Of a DNA stretch of 64,000 bases, positions 1-11,100 are shown one piece after another; the stretch's first letter is position 1, and the number at the start of each line of letters is the position of its first letter. The notes under the pieces were generated by a model, which was given only the letters and a program-made list of their open reading frames with translations, had not been told where the DNA came from and ran no database searches. This stretch comes from Takakia lepidozioides. Its lineage: Eukaryota > Plantae > Bryophyta. A program made the translations under genes and the position numbers. The stretch spans positions 61,442,001 through 61,506,000 of the forward strand of contig CM060732.1 in the NCBI GenBank assembly GCA_030704615.1, given 5' to 3'.

Positions 1-1157
1 GTCTTCGGCCACCATTACAACTAGAGGTGATGGTGGCAATTCCGAGATTCCTATTCTTGCCCCGACTTTGGGGCCCAACAAACGACTGGGTCTGATGCCA
101 GACTTGCAATCCCACCTCCCTGCATAATGAAAATCCGACATATCAATACAAGCGTATCGTTTTGTTTGACTCAAACAGCAGAAGAGAGATGGAAAAGAGC
201 ATACCCGACACTCCAAATGTCTCTTTGCAAGCCCATGCCAAGGACAGACCTGGAGTGGCAGCTGATTGAAGGTCCCCTGCACCTTTCATCTTCTGCACTC
301 GTCTCTTTGCTCAGTTGCGCTCCAATGCTTGCGATCTTCCGCTCGCTGCAAACGCCAACACTCGAATCTGTGATGTTCACACTTCACACGCTCTAAGAAA
401 CAAAAATCTAAGGTTAAGGATTTTATTCACATGTCCACACAAGCTCCATCTCTTATTACGCAATGATTTTGTCAACAATATTCAAGTGTTTGTAGAACGT
501 TAACCCTTAAGTGTCAAACCGACCCGTTTTGGGTCGGTTAGGTTTCTTTAACCAGCCATAACTTCCTGTGGTTAAGGCTGATTGGCCTTTTTTTTGGCTC
601 AATCGGTAGATAATCGGGTCCCCCCTCATATGGCATTGGCCAATTGGTCAATGCCTCAGGGGGTATGGGTCTGGACCAATTGGAAGGGGGCACACTCAGC
701 TTTTTTAGGCCAATTTGGCCCCCCTAACCTGCCCAAGTTGCTGACATGGCAATTGCGGTCAGGTTAGGGTGACTGAAAGATACCCCATAAAGGTTAGGGC
801 GGCACGCCCTTGATTGCCCGGCAGGGGCATGGCGCCCGGCGCAGGTCTGGGCATTCCCAGGCCTGGGCCCTAGCCTAAATCCACGGCGATGGCAGCTCCG
901 GCTAACGCCATGCAGGGCGGGCTGGAGGGAGTGCAGCCGCGATGGTGGCAGAGCTCGGGGCTCGAGAAAAACGCCACGAGGGGTGGGCCAAACCTAGGGC
1001 GGGGGTGTGAGAGGGTTGAGGGTGGAGTGGCCCCCATGAAAGCAGGGCCGGGTAGCCAGAGGAGCTCCCAAACCCCGCGCCCTTCTGGGCTGTGGCTCCA
1101 AATATCCTAGGCCTGCAGGCTATACCAAGTCTTGGGCAGGGAACCTAAGGTGCATTT

Positions 1158-2724
1158 CAGTATGGCTGCATCGTCTGGAGCTCCCCGCCGGCAGCATTCC
1201 TTTGGTACTGCGTGATCGGACTCTATCGCATTATCTCCGGCACCAGGACTGGAGACGTGTCTGGCCCAGAGGCCACAGTAATTTGCAGATTGATGCGACG
1301 GCGCATCTTGACCATTGCAGAGGAGTATCGGGAGTATTGGATCTTTGCCCGGGTGGGACCCCCAGGCCTCGGAGCCCGGACGGCTCCCATCTCCACATTC
1401 TTCCGGTTCAACACCCATTGGCCAGGTTGTTGCCAGCCACCTTTCCTCGCTTATATTCATTTTGACTCGGCCCTTGATGTCCATCTTGCTTGGCAAGTGT
1501 CTTATTTGGCCTGTTGTACGCTGTGCCGCACCATCACCGACACCCTGCTGTATACGTGCAGCAGGACGATTTGACAATCGGCCCCATTGAGAGAGTGCGT
1601 AGGACGTGCTCTTTGCGGCCATTGCCCCGCCTTTGTGGATTGGCTGATTGGGGTAGGACCAGGAGAGAGCGGGATCGAGGGCGAGAGTCTCCCACATCCG
1701 AGGAGGTCTTGCCGACCCTTCCTGCCACCCCGATATTATCACCGAGGGACCACACCAGCGTCCCTTATCCGTGAGTTGATTACATCCGGTCCATTGTCAT
1801 TGCTACACACAGTTAGAGACCGGTCAGCAGATAGTTCTTTCTTTGCATCACCGGCTACAGTTTGTAGGTTGATCCCATTGGACCAAGCCCAGCCAGCAAC
1901 CTTTCCTTTTGGCCTAAGGACTCATCAAGCATATCTGCCTCGGTTACCACATCGCGTGGTACATGTGGCTTCTTCAGTAGAGAGTGCCCCGAGTGGACCT
2001 ACTGAGTACACTTCCTCAGAGGAGGACGAGGATGAGCCCGCCTCCAGTGGTCGTCAGGATCTGAGTGATTAGTGTGGAGATTTCAGGAACTTCTAGCGTG
2101 AGGGGTCCTGAGTCTCCATCTTGAGGGGGATGCAGTAGCGAGAGGCGGTTATGCACTGTTGTATTAAATCAGCAGGCTACATTATGTTCATCTCATCGTT
2201 CCTTGATTAACGCAGTGTGCAAACAAGTGTGGAATTGTTAAGCACAATTAAGAAGCTAATATGTCCTGTGACGAAAAAGTGAAGCGTATTCGACATCGGT
2301 TTTTCCACAAACCTTATCAACCCGGGAGAGGATCGAAGAATATATCCGATATCTGGGAGAGAAAAAAGTGCATACGAAACGTTGGATCGAGGAGAGAGTT
2401 TGGAATACCCGAATTCTTCCAGTCGGCACCACTCAAAACTTTTATTGGTGCCCAGACAAATTTATGTTTCCGGGTTGTCCCTGCCCAGGTATTTACTTGG
2501 GAGCATTACACCCGGGGGGGGGTGGTGCACCCCAGCCAACCTGTACCAGCCACGTGCGTGCACAGGAGGGGGTATTTTTAACCCCCCCATGTACAATATT
2601 ATACATACATAGGGGGATAAGCAACACCTTAAAAAGCAACACCTTAAATATAAGTCTACAACAAGGGGTTAGCATGATTAGGAGGGTAGGGGACACCATT
2701 GTCACGACTCAAATCTCACGGTGT
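1158..2724 (+). repeat. ~1.57 kb dispersed direct repeat, copy A (copy B at 47659-49237); probably retroelement-derived
   Basis: Near-identical sequence from CAGTATGGYTGCATCGTCTGG to AAATCTCACGGTGT in both places; purine-rich PPT-like TGAGGGGGA at ~2122. Confidence 0.9.
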
Positions 2725-3531
2725 CTTGAATTTTTCGAAAACTTGAAAATATGTATATATCACAATGTATATTTGAGCTCGAGACCACCTGCAGAGCACG
2801 TCCACCTCCATACCACTAGGCTAGTCCACGATTCTTGAAACCATTGTATGTTAAACAGTAATATACAAGAAAGACAACTAGGGCTTCACGTTGCTCCACA
2901 CTACTAGCGACGAATTCTGAGAACTAAGTTCAATTTTTCACAAAAAAGGGGTGGGTCATCCCCACGGTGTTACATGCAGATCCCGTGTTTTGTTTTTTCT
3001 GGAAGAAAACTGGCGGATCTGCAGTTCAATGTTCAATTTTCACAAACTGCATCAATCAATAACAACATACCCAAATACCCTTACATTCACTATATGAACT
3101 TTCAAGCATCCACCGTGGGATTGGATCTTGGTGGGTTAAGGCTAGCTTTTGACAATATTCATGCAAGTTCGTCAAGGGCTCCATCCAAAGCCACACCACG
3201 AGAAACAAACAAACATGTCCAAATTTAAGATGCTGAACAAACTTGTGCACATGACTGCCCTCTCATCAAGCTCATTAAAATTCGTATTCACCTCCATCTT
3301 CGAGCTTTGGAGAAGCTCCACCACCCAAACCCAAAATTAGGACAGCACTCTGATTTCCATCCACTGTCACCAAAATCAGTCAAAAATCACCCCTTCAGTC
3401 AAGTGCAATTGTGGCTGACTTCCTACCTACGCCGGGTAGACCCCACTATCAGGAATTGGTGGATGGTCTGAGTAGCTACACAGATCAATGAATGAAGCAA
3501 GACACTAGCATCTTTCCAAGAAAACATCCTT

Positions 3532-5490
3532 TCACCAGTAATCACCACAAGAACAAATCCCATCTTCACAGTGGTGGAAAGTAGTTAGCGTCCCATACAA
3601 CAATTGCTCGGCCAACAATCTTTGAAATGAATTTGGTGGAGGTGTGGCAGTCTCCACACACTCGAAGATTCTTGATGAGTCATGCTGATCAGCCCAAAAC
3701 CAATGACCAGCTTCTCACTGTGGTGGCTAAGAGAAAATTCCTTTCCTCCACATCATGCAATAAAAAGTGTGTGTCAGGCACATACCCCGCCTCCTTCATC
3801 TGCCCAGACAATCTTCTCAGCTCAGCATGGATTTCCTTAATTCTGGGATGCAACTTGTCATCTGGCTCCTTTCTAACCCCTCTGACCTTCATCATTCTTC
3901 TCACCTTTGCAGTATCATCCCACCTGCCAGCTGCAGCATAGATGTTTGATATAGCACCAAATCTCGTTTAGCCATACTGTTGAACACTCCCTCCGCAGCC
4001 TTAATGCACCCACATTTGGCATACATGTCCACGAGGGTATTGTTCAGAATCACATCTGGTACAATTCTAGCTTTGGCAATGCAACCATGCACCTCTTTGC
4101 CCTTTTCCAGGGCTGCTAGACTTGCACACGAACTGCAAACGCACACAAACGTGATGTGGCTTCACCCCTTCCCCCATCATTTTGCTCATAGGTCTCCAAA
4201 ACCTCCATCCCACGCCCCTGCTGTGCATACCCCTGCAAGCATCGCGTTCCACGACACCACATCTTGTTCAGCCATGGTGTTGAAATTAACTCCCATTGCA
4301 TCCTTAATGCACCCACATGTGGCATACATGTCCACCAGGGCAGTGTTCAGGATGACATCAGGTACAATTCCAGCTTTGACGATGTCACCATGGACCTCTT
4401 TCCCCTTTTCCAGAGCTCCCAGGCTTGCACACGCATTGCAAAGACAAACAAATGTGATGTGGTTGGTTTTCACCCCTTCGCAAATCATTTGCTCATAGGT
4501 CTCCAAAGTCTCCATCCCGCACCATTGCTGTGCATATCTTGCAATCATCACACTCCACGACACCACATCACGTTCAGCAATACTGTCAAACACTCAATTT
4601 GCATCCTTGATGCACGCACATTTGACATACATGTCCACCAGGGCAGTGTTCAGAATGACATCGGGTACAATTCCAGATTTGATAATGTCACCATGGACCT
4701 CTTTGCACTTTTCCAGGGCTGCCAGGCTTGCACACGCATTGCAAATGCAAACAAACGTCATGTAGTTGGGCTTCACCCCCTTTGCACATCATTTGCTCAT
4801 AGGTCTCCAAAGCCTCCATCCCGCGCCCTTGCTGTGCATATCCTGCAATCATCGCACTCCATGACACCACATCTCGTTCAGCCATACTATCGAACACTCC
4901 CTTCATACATGTCCACGAGGGTATTGTTCAAAATGACATTTGGTACAACTGCAGCTCTAACCATGTCGCCATGGACCTCTTTCGCCCTTTTCCAGAGCTG
5001 CCAGGCGTGCACACGCATTGCTAATGCATAGAAAAGTGATGTGGTTGGGTTTCACCCCTTGCCCCATCATCTGATCATAGGTCTCCAAAGCCCCCATACC
5101 ACGTCCCTGATGTGGATACCCTGCAAGCCTCGTCTTCAATGACACCACATCTCATTCAGCCATAGTGTTGAGAACTCCCTTTGCATCCTTAATGCACCCA
5201 CGTTTGGCATACATGTCCACCAGGGTAGTGTTCACAATGACATCTGGTACAATTCCAGCTTTGACGATGTCACCTTGCACCTCTTTGCCCTTTTCTAGGG
5301 CTGCCAGGCTTGCAAACCCACAAATGTGATGTGGTCGGGCTTCACCCCTTCCACCATCATTTGCTCATAGGTCTCCAAAGCCTCCGTCCCGCGCTCCTGC
5401 TGTGCATACCCTGCAAGCATCGCGGTCCATGACACCACATTTTATTCAGCCATATTGTTGAACACTGCCTTCGCATCCTCAATGCTCCCA
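3532..5490 (-). pseudogene. PLS-class pentatricopeptide repeat protein with C-terminal DYW deaminase domain, disrupted
   Basis: Repeated motifs DVILNTALVDMYAKCG / ERDVVSWSAMIAGYAQQG / GVKPNHITF; DYW motifs [25 protein letters not shown] (stop 3532-3534); many frameshifts, stops and internal deletions. Confidence 0.92.
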
Positions 5491-5945
5491 CACCCCACTA
5501 TCATTTCCTGTGGATATGCCAGGAAATGCACTCACAATAATGATGGTCAATACTCTCAGGAAATCCCGTACAACAATTGCTCGGCCCACAATCTTTGAGA
5601 TGACTTTGGTGGAGGTGTGGCAGTCACCACACACTTGAAGATTCTGATGAGAGGGAGAGGCGTCCTAGGGGGTCGTGCTGATCAGCCCAAAACCAATGGC
5701 CAGCTTCTCACTATGGTGGCAAAGAGAAATTCTTTTTCCTCCTCCCCCACTCATGCAATACAAAAGCGCGTGTCAGAAACATATCCTGCCTCCTTCATCT
5801 GCCCCAGACAAACTTCTCATGCAACTTGTCATCTACAACGAAGGTGTGCACCTGTTGTGCCAACCTCAATGCAGCAGCGACTTGGCTCCTTTCTGACCTT
5901 CATCATTTTTTTCACCTTTTGTCACTCTCGCCCTTGCAGTAGCTG
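5491..5945 (-). pseudogene. Second degenerate E/DYW domain fragment (tandem PPR-DYW paralog remnant)
   Basis: HSEKLAIGFGLIS and MKEAGYVSDT, paralogous to 3600-3940. Confidence 0.8.
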
Positions 5946-6859
5946 CGGGCTGGATGGGCGGGGTTGGGTGGGTCGCGGGCATTAAGTCCCACATGTGTGT
6001 TGCCATTTTGGGTTCTTGAGTGGCTGTGGCACGTGGGTTCAGCCATCTCCAATATTGCCATGGATTGTGCAGGCCCTAAGGCGTCGTTCACACCACAACA
6101 TCTGGAATATTGATTGGCATTTCTTTTTGAGGTCCATTGCCCCATCATGTCCCTGTCAGTGTCACACAAGAAGGTCCAAGGGGAGATCCAAGGTTGTGTT
6201 ACTGTCGGAGTAACCCGGGATGCAGCCACACTCCAGGAATCCGCAAGGGGCACCGTCTTCCTTCATTCAATACCAGGCTGTGTCTGTAGGCTTGCAGGGT
6301 GTGCATTGAAAGAGAACACATGTGACAAGAAATTGATAGGATTCGTCCGGCTTCAAAAGTATTCTTTTGCCTCTTCAAATAGTTGCAGACTCCCTATAAG
6401 AACCACGTTGGGCATATCCACCTCGCACCACATGCACATAACTGTCAAGTAACTCCCTTTGCGTCCTCAATGCACCGTGATAACAGCCACAAGAGGCAAT
6501 GTGACAGAAGAGGGCGTTCGGGACATAATTGTTCAGCTTTGCAGCAGATGATGCATTATAAAAGAGACAGAAAGGTTGACAGGACCCTTCCAGACCTTCT
6601 GGCTTTTATCCGCCGTTGACGAGTTAGAGAACCATAGGGCCAGAAAAAAATCATCCCACGCTTCTCCTCATCTGTGCCACTCAACACTAGCTGTGGACAC
6701 CTGGCATTCTCTGCTGTACACATTGGCATGGGGCCGATCCCCTGTAGTCCAGAAAAGGCAGCCCACACTCCGCAAACCGTCAACTCCAACGGCAGATCCA
6801 AGCAATCCACTCAATTCAGCATAACTACGGGCAGATCATGTGAATCGGCATCAAGCTAA

Positions 6860-7756
6860 ATTGTCCATTGTAGGCATTCTGATAAAGGGAAACAACAGAA
6901 ATTGTTGAAGAGGGCGCCTTCCCCTCATCCATGTTATCTGTTTTTGGATACTTTCCTGCTGCTGCCACAGCAATAACTTGTCAAAGTCACTCCTAACACT
7001 ACAGATCCACCCAACGAGCTAACTTACAGAGTTCAATATGCATCTCAAGGCCGAGTCTGATGAGAGGGTAAAATAGGCAGAAATAGGTTGAAGAAGAAGG
7101 TGCACTCACCACATTGTCCTTGACTTGTGTCATGACCCATGGAGGATTTGACCGAACATCAACCCTAAAGGACTTCTTGTGTCTGCAGCTTGTGTCTGCA
7201 GCCTTCAGAAATGACATCTGATAATCTGCAAGCATTCATCTTTTAGCCTCGTTTGTCCCACCATTGGCTGGGGTCAGAAATTATTCATCCCACAGCTTCT
7301 CCGCATCTCTGTTTACCTATTTTTGATACTTTCATGTGTCACATTGGCGTTATCATGTCAAAGTCACTTCAAACTACGAAAGGTTCACTCAATCAACTAA
7401 CTTGCAAAATTCAACGTGGAATGTAGGGCCGATTCTGATAAGAGGGGAAAACAGGGTGAAATGTGTTGAAGAAGGTGCTTCTCTTACCCTATGTTATCAG
7501 TTTTTGGATACTTTTCTATGTCATATTGGCAGTATCATGTCAAGGTCACTTCAAACTACCAAAGGTTCACTCAATCAACTTGCAGAATTCAACATGGAAA
7601 TGTAGGGCCGATTCTGATAAGAGGGGAAAACAGGGTGAAATGTGTTGAAGAAGGTGCTTCTCCTACCCTATGTTATCTGTTTTTGAATACTTTCCTGCTG
7701 CTATACCGGCAGTAGTTTGTCAAAGTCACTCCTAACCACCACAGATCCCCCCAACG
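6860..7756 (+). repeat. Diverged tandem repeat, unit ~178 bp; continues inverted at 16290-16414
   Basis: Repeated GATTCTGATAAGAGGGGAAAACAGGGTGAAATGTGTTGAAGAAGGTGC ... TGTCAAAGTCACT units; reverse complement of 16290-16414 matches 7010-7135. Confidence 0.8.
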
Positions 7757-8479
7757 TGTCGCGGCCTTTTGCCTTGAGGGCAGGGGGTCGGGACACAAGT
7801 GGGGCTGCCCCTGTGGTGGGGGCAGTGGCAGCAATAGGTATGGGGGGCTGAAGCACCCTTGAGTGCCCAAGGCACTCAACGAGGCGGAGGCACTCACTAG
7901 GTGGAGCCCCGCACACCGGGTGCGGTGGGGGTGCTCCACAAGGGGTGGTGGTAGCTTAGTCGGGACTTAGTGGGGGTGGCATAGGACTCACCCTGGGGCG
8001 GAGACCTTGTGGTGGGAGTCATGGGGAGTCTTGGGACTCATCACGGTCCATATGGGCCGTGGTGGGTGGGCCAAGACTCACCGCGACTCATCACCGGGAG
8101 TCGAGGGTGTTCGTGGTGGTTCGCCATAAAATGGCATGGTTTTTGTGAAACCCCGCGGACAGCTATAGAAGTATATATAGGGAGTAGTAACCCCGAGAAC
8201 TTTGCAAGCCCGTTGGTGACCAAAACTAGTGAGTAAGCGAGCGAGCCGGAAAGCGACCAAGAGTGGGGAGTGCTGTCTCAGACTGCCAACTACAAAGGGA
8301 ATTCCGCTGGTTCCAAATCGTTGGAGGGTTCTTTGGGAGATCAAAGAGGGACCGTTATGCCCCGGTGAGTAGCCGGAGCTCCAAGTTGGCTCGCGGCCCA
8401 GGTTGGGAGTTTAGGCGCGCCATCAAGCGAGTAACTTTGACTTAGGGGTGGGGAGTTTACCGAAGTGAGGTGCGCGACA
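7757..8479 (+). mobile_element. 5' LTR of a Ty3/Gypsy element (TG...CA) followed by tRNA-Met PBS
   Basis: TGTCGCGG...GCGCGACA; PBS TGGTATCAGAGC at 8483-8494; left flank CAACG (TSD); reverse-complement match to 16415-17129. Confidence 0.92.
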
Positions 8480-8536
8480 CTTTGGTATCAGAGCTTAGAG
8501 TTCAGTACGCGATCGTCCTTGGGATTGACCTCATCA

Positions 8537-9133
8537 TGGGTCGGCAAGCCAAAGCGAAAGCGGAACGGCCCAAAAGATGATGATCCTGGTGAGCCCGATT
8601 GGGGCGACGTGTCACCGAGGCGGCCGTTTGAGGAAGCGATGCATGTTTCCGAAAACGAGGCCGCTCAAGAGCGGGAGGAATCTGAGAGTCGGAGCTGGGA
8701 ATCCCTGAGAGCTCTGACCGCCAACAAGATTCTTCATGCCGGCAGCCTTTTGGGAGAGTTGTTGGCGCAATTTTGGCGGGTACGTTGAAAGACGTGTTGA
8801 AGGCGGCTAATGCCACTTCCACTAAGGCAAGTTAAGGTCAGCCTAAGGAACCCGCACCTTCGAGGCTGCGTCCGAAATCGGAAGGCACGCAACTGTCTGG
8901 CTCTACACTGGCTCTTGGAGCTAGAGCAGTACTTCCGGTGCAGCCAAGTTGAGTTGACGAGGATCGGGTGAAGTGGCTCCCACCTATTTGAGGGTGGCTT
9001 GCTCAACAAGTGGTGGCCCTAGAACGCCTTCACGACCGAGGTCCAAGCCCGGAAACCTTGAACTGGAGTGGGTTCAAGGAAGTGATGAAGAGGCAGTTTG
9101 TGCCCCTCAACGCTGTCTGGCTCTCCCGGGACA
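8537..9133 (+). pseudogene. Truncated, frameshifted gag of the 7757 LTR element
   Basis: Directly follows the PBS; gag-like HWLLELEQYF and FKEVMKRQFVPLNAVWLSRD; ends abruptly at the inversion junction. Confidence 0.7.
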
Positions 9134-10718
9134 TGGCGGGACTGGCCCCATGGGCTATCTGGCACTTCAGGTACAGATAGTGGGGAGCTTCCATGACGAC
9201 GGTAAGCCTCTTCAATCCCAAAAACACAAATTTCACTTTGCATCATGCCTGTTCATTTTGGGGTTGTTGGATTGTCACTTGTAGAACCTCTTCCATTTCT
9301 TTTCGTTTCCACATTTCCATGCAATGCCTCCTGCAGGACATGTCCTTGGAGGACTTGGATGCCATCCTGTAATTTGGCGGAGACTGTTCACAACGCCTAG
9401 ATGCAGTAGTCTACCAAAGCAGGATGTGACTTGTATGTAGCCACTGCTGATGACATGGTGCGGGCACTTACACAACAAACCAGATACCGAGCAATTTTCT
9501 GATGGGACGGGGCGGAGGCAAGGGCCCTGATACAACTTTGTTGATGCTAAGTGGCTGCAAGTAGGGTCCGGAGACCCATCGAAGATGGCAAAGGCTCCCC
9601 TTTGCAATCCACTCCCCCATTTGGAAGGCGAGGAAAGATTTGGATCATGCAAAATGAAATTGAACACTCCTCCAGGGTCGGATGGAGATTCCTATCGGCT
9701 GGACAGGGTCAATTTCTCTGTACCAAGGGTGTCTCCAGTGCAGACTAAGTCGTGTGCCCGCCCCTTCCCAGGTGGGTCCTCCTCCAGTGGAGCAGGTGCA
9801 GATCATGCAAGCACAATAGCAGGAATCCCATTGGAGGAGGTGGTGGCCATGGTGCATGAATCTGATTGCATTAATAGTGAGTGCATATAGGAACGCACCC
9901 CACCGGATCTAGAGTGGCTTGCATGCAATCGGACCCCCTCTTTCAAGAAATGCAAATAAAAAATATGCAAAGGCTCCAAGGGGACTCCAGCTCCAACATT
10001 CATAGGGTTGTTCCGACCTTATCATAGTGGGGAGTCAAAGGACCACAAGTTTTGGTTCTGCCCAGACGATATGGCACGATGCGTGAAGGGAACAGTTTGT
10101 CCTTCGGTGATAATGAAGCCCCTCCCCCCGCAATTTGGCCTGTGAAACTTGGGACGTCGCTGTCATCAACCGAGATAAGCATGCTGGAAGAGAGAGGGAT
10201 CTGTCTTGCACAGTCCCGGGTGGTGCCCTCATGCACTGTTGGCACAGATGTGCCACATGCTCCGACAATGCCTCCACCCGGTGCCAACTCCCACCCAACA
10301 AAAAGAGATGGAAAAACAGTGCGCTGTGTCGCTTTGGGTGCAGATCACGAATGCAAGATGGAATCGGCTAGAATTTGCAGGTTCGGTGACTCGTATCACC
10401 GAAGTCCCTGCCCCGGGGTATGGACGGATTTACACAGTGCTATCTATTGGCTCAGTTCTTCATGGCAAAGAATATCAGGTTACCGTGGGGAATTTCCCTA
10501 CGTGCACTTGTCCGGATTTTGTAACGATGCGTGAGGGCGCTCTCGGCATGAGAGGGAAGTGGGTCCCCTGCAAGCATCAATATTACATATACCTTGTAAT
10601 TATGTGCTGCGATGGTAAGAGAGACCAATTCATTCACCAAGCCACACTAGGGTACGGAGAAGTAATCACCCTTCTGCAGCGGGACACCTCACGTAGGGCT
10701 CCGCCAAATTCTCTTTGA
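9134..10718 (+). pseudogene. C-terminal half of the MULE-type transposase (WHFRYRxWG, NLAETVHN third-catalytic-E region, Cys-rich segment, SWIM Zn finger), displaced by inversion
   Basis: WAIWHFRYR*WG at ~9158; GT-AG intron ~9202-9335; NLAETVHNA at ~9371; SWIM motif YQVTVGNFPTCTCPDF...PCKHQYYI in ORF 10206-10718; in-frame stops. Confidence 0.78.
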
Positions 10719-11055
10719 ACACATACGAGCCATGCCCGCTTCCCATGCTGGTTTCCAAGTTACCGTGTAAAGACTTTGCATTTAGGACAAACAAATACAT
10801 TTCGTTCGCGGAACCAGGGCAAATGCACATGCCATTCATTGTAAGCGTCTATCTGTGAATTGAAATAAAGTGTGTCAATCATTCTGAGCTCAAATCTGCC
10901 ATATTTTCATATTCCTCTTTTTGTGCAGGCATTGCAGACATGGTGCATGGTGGCCCCTTTGTTTTGTCCACGGTAATAGGCCCTCTTCCTGCAATCCTCG
11001 CCTATAGGACCTGCTTCTCCAGCAGATTTGTGCCGCTCACGCTTTGCAGCTACAA

Positions 11056-11100
11056 CGTGAGCTCAGCTCCCAGCTCACGGGGCTGGGCTCACACCATAGC
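11056..11100 (+). mobile_element. Terminal repeat (end 1) of the MULE/ParB-MTase element
   Basis: CGTGAGC..TCACGG..CTGGGCTCACACCATAGC aligns with 28123-28168; Gypsy coding sequence begins immediately outside. Confidence 0.7.

Noticed and set aside
4264-5031. 255-aa plus-strand ORF
   Set aside because: Antisense of the PPR repeats
9370-9420. In-frame TAG codons as U-to-C editing or readthrough sites
   Set aside because: Nuclear TE; CAG>TAG and TGG>TAG fit methylation-driven transitions
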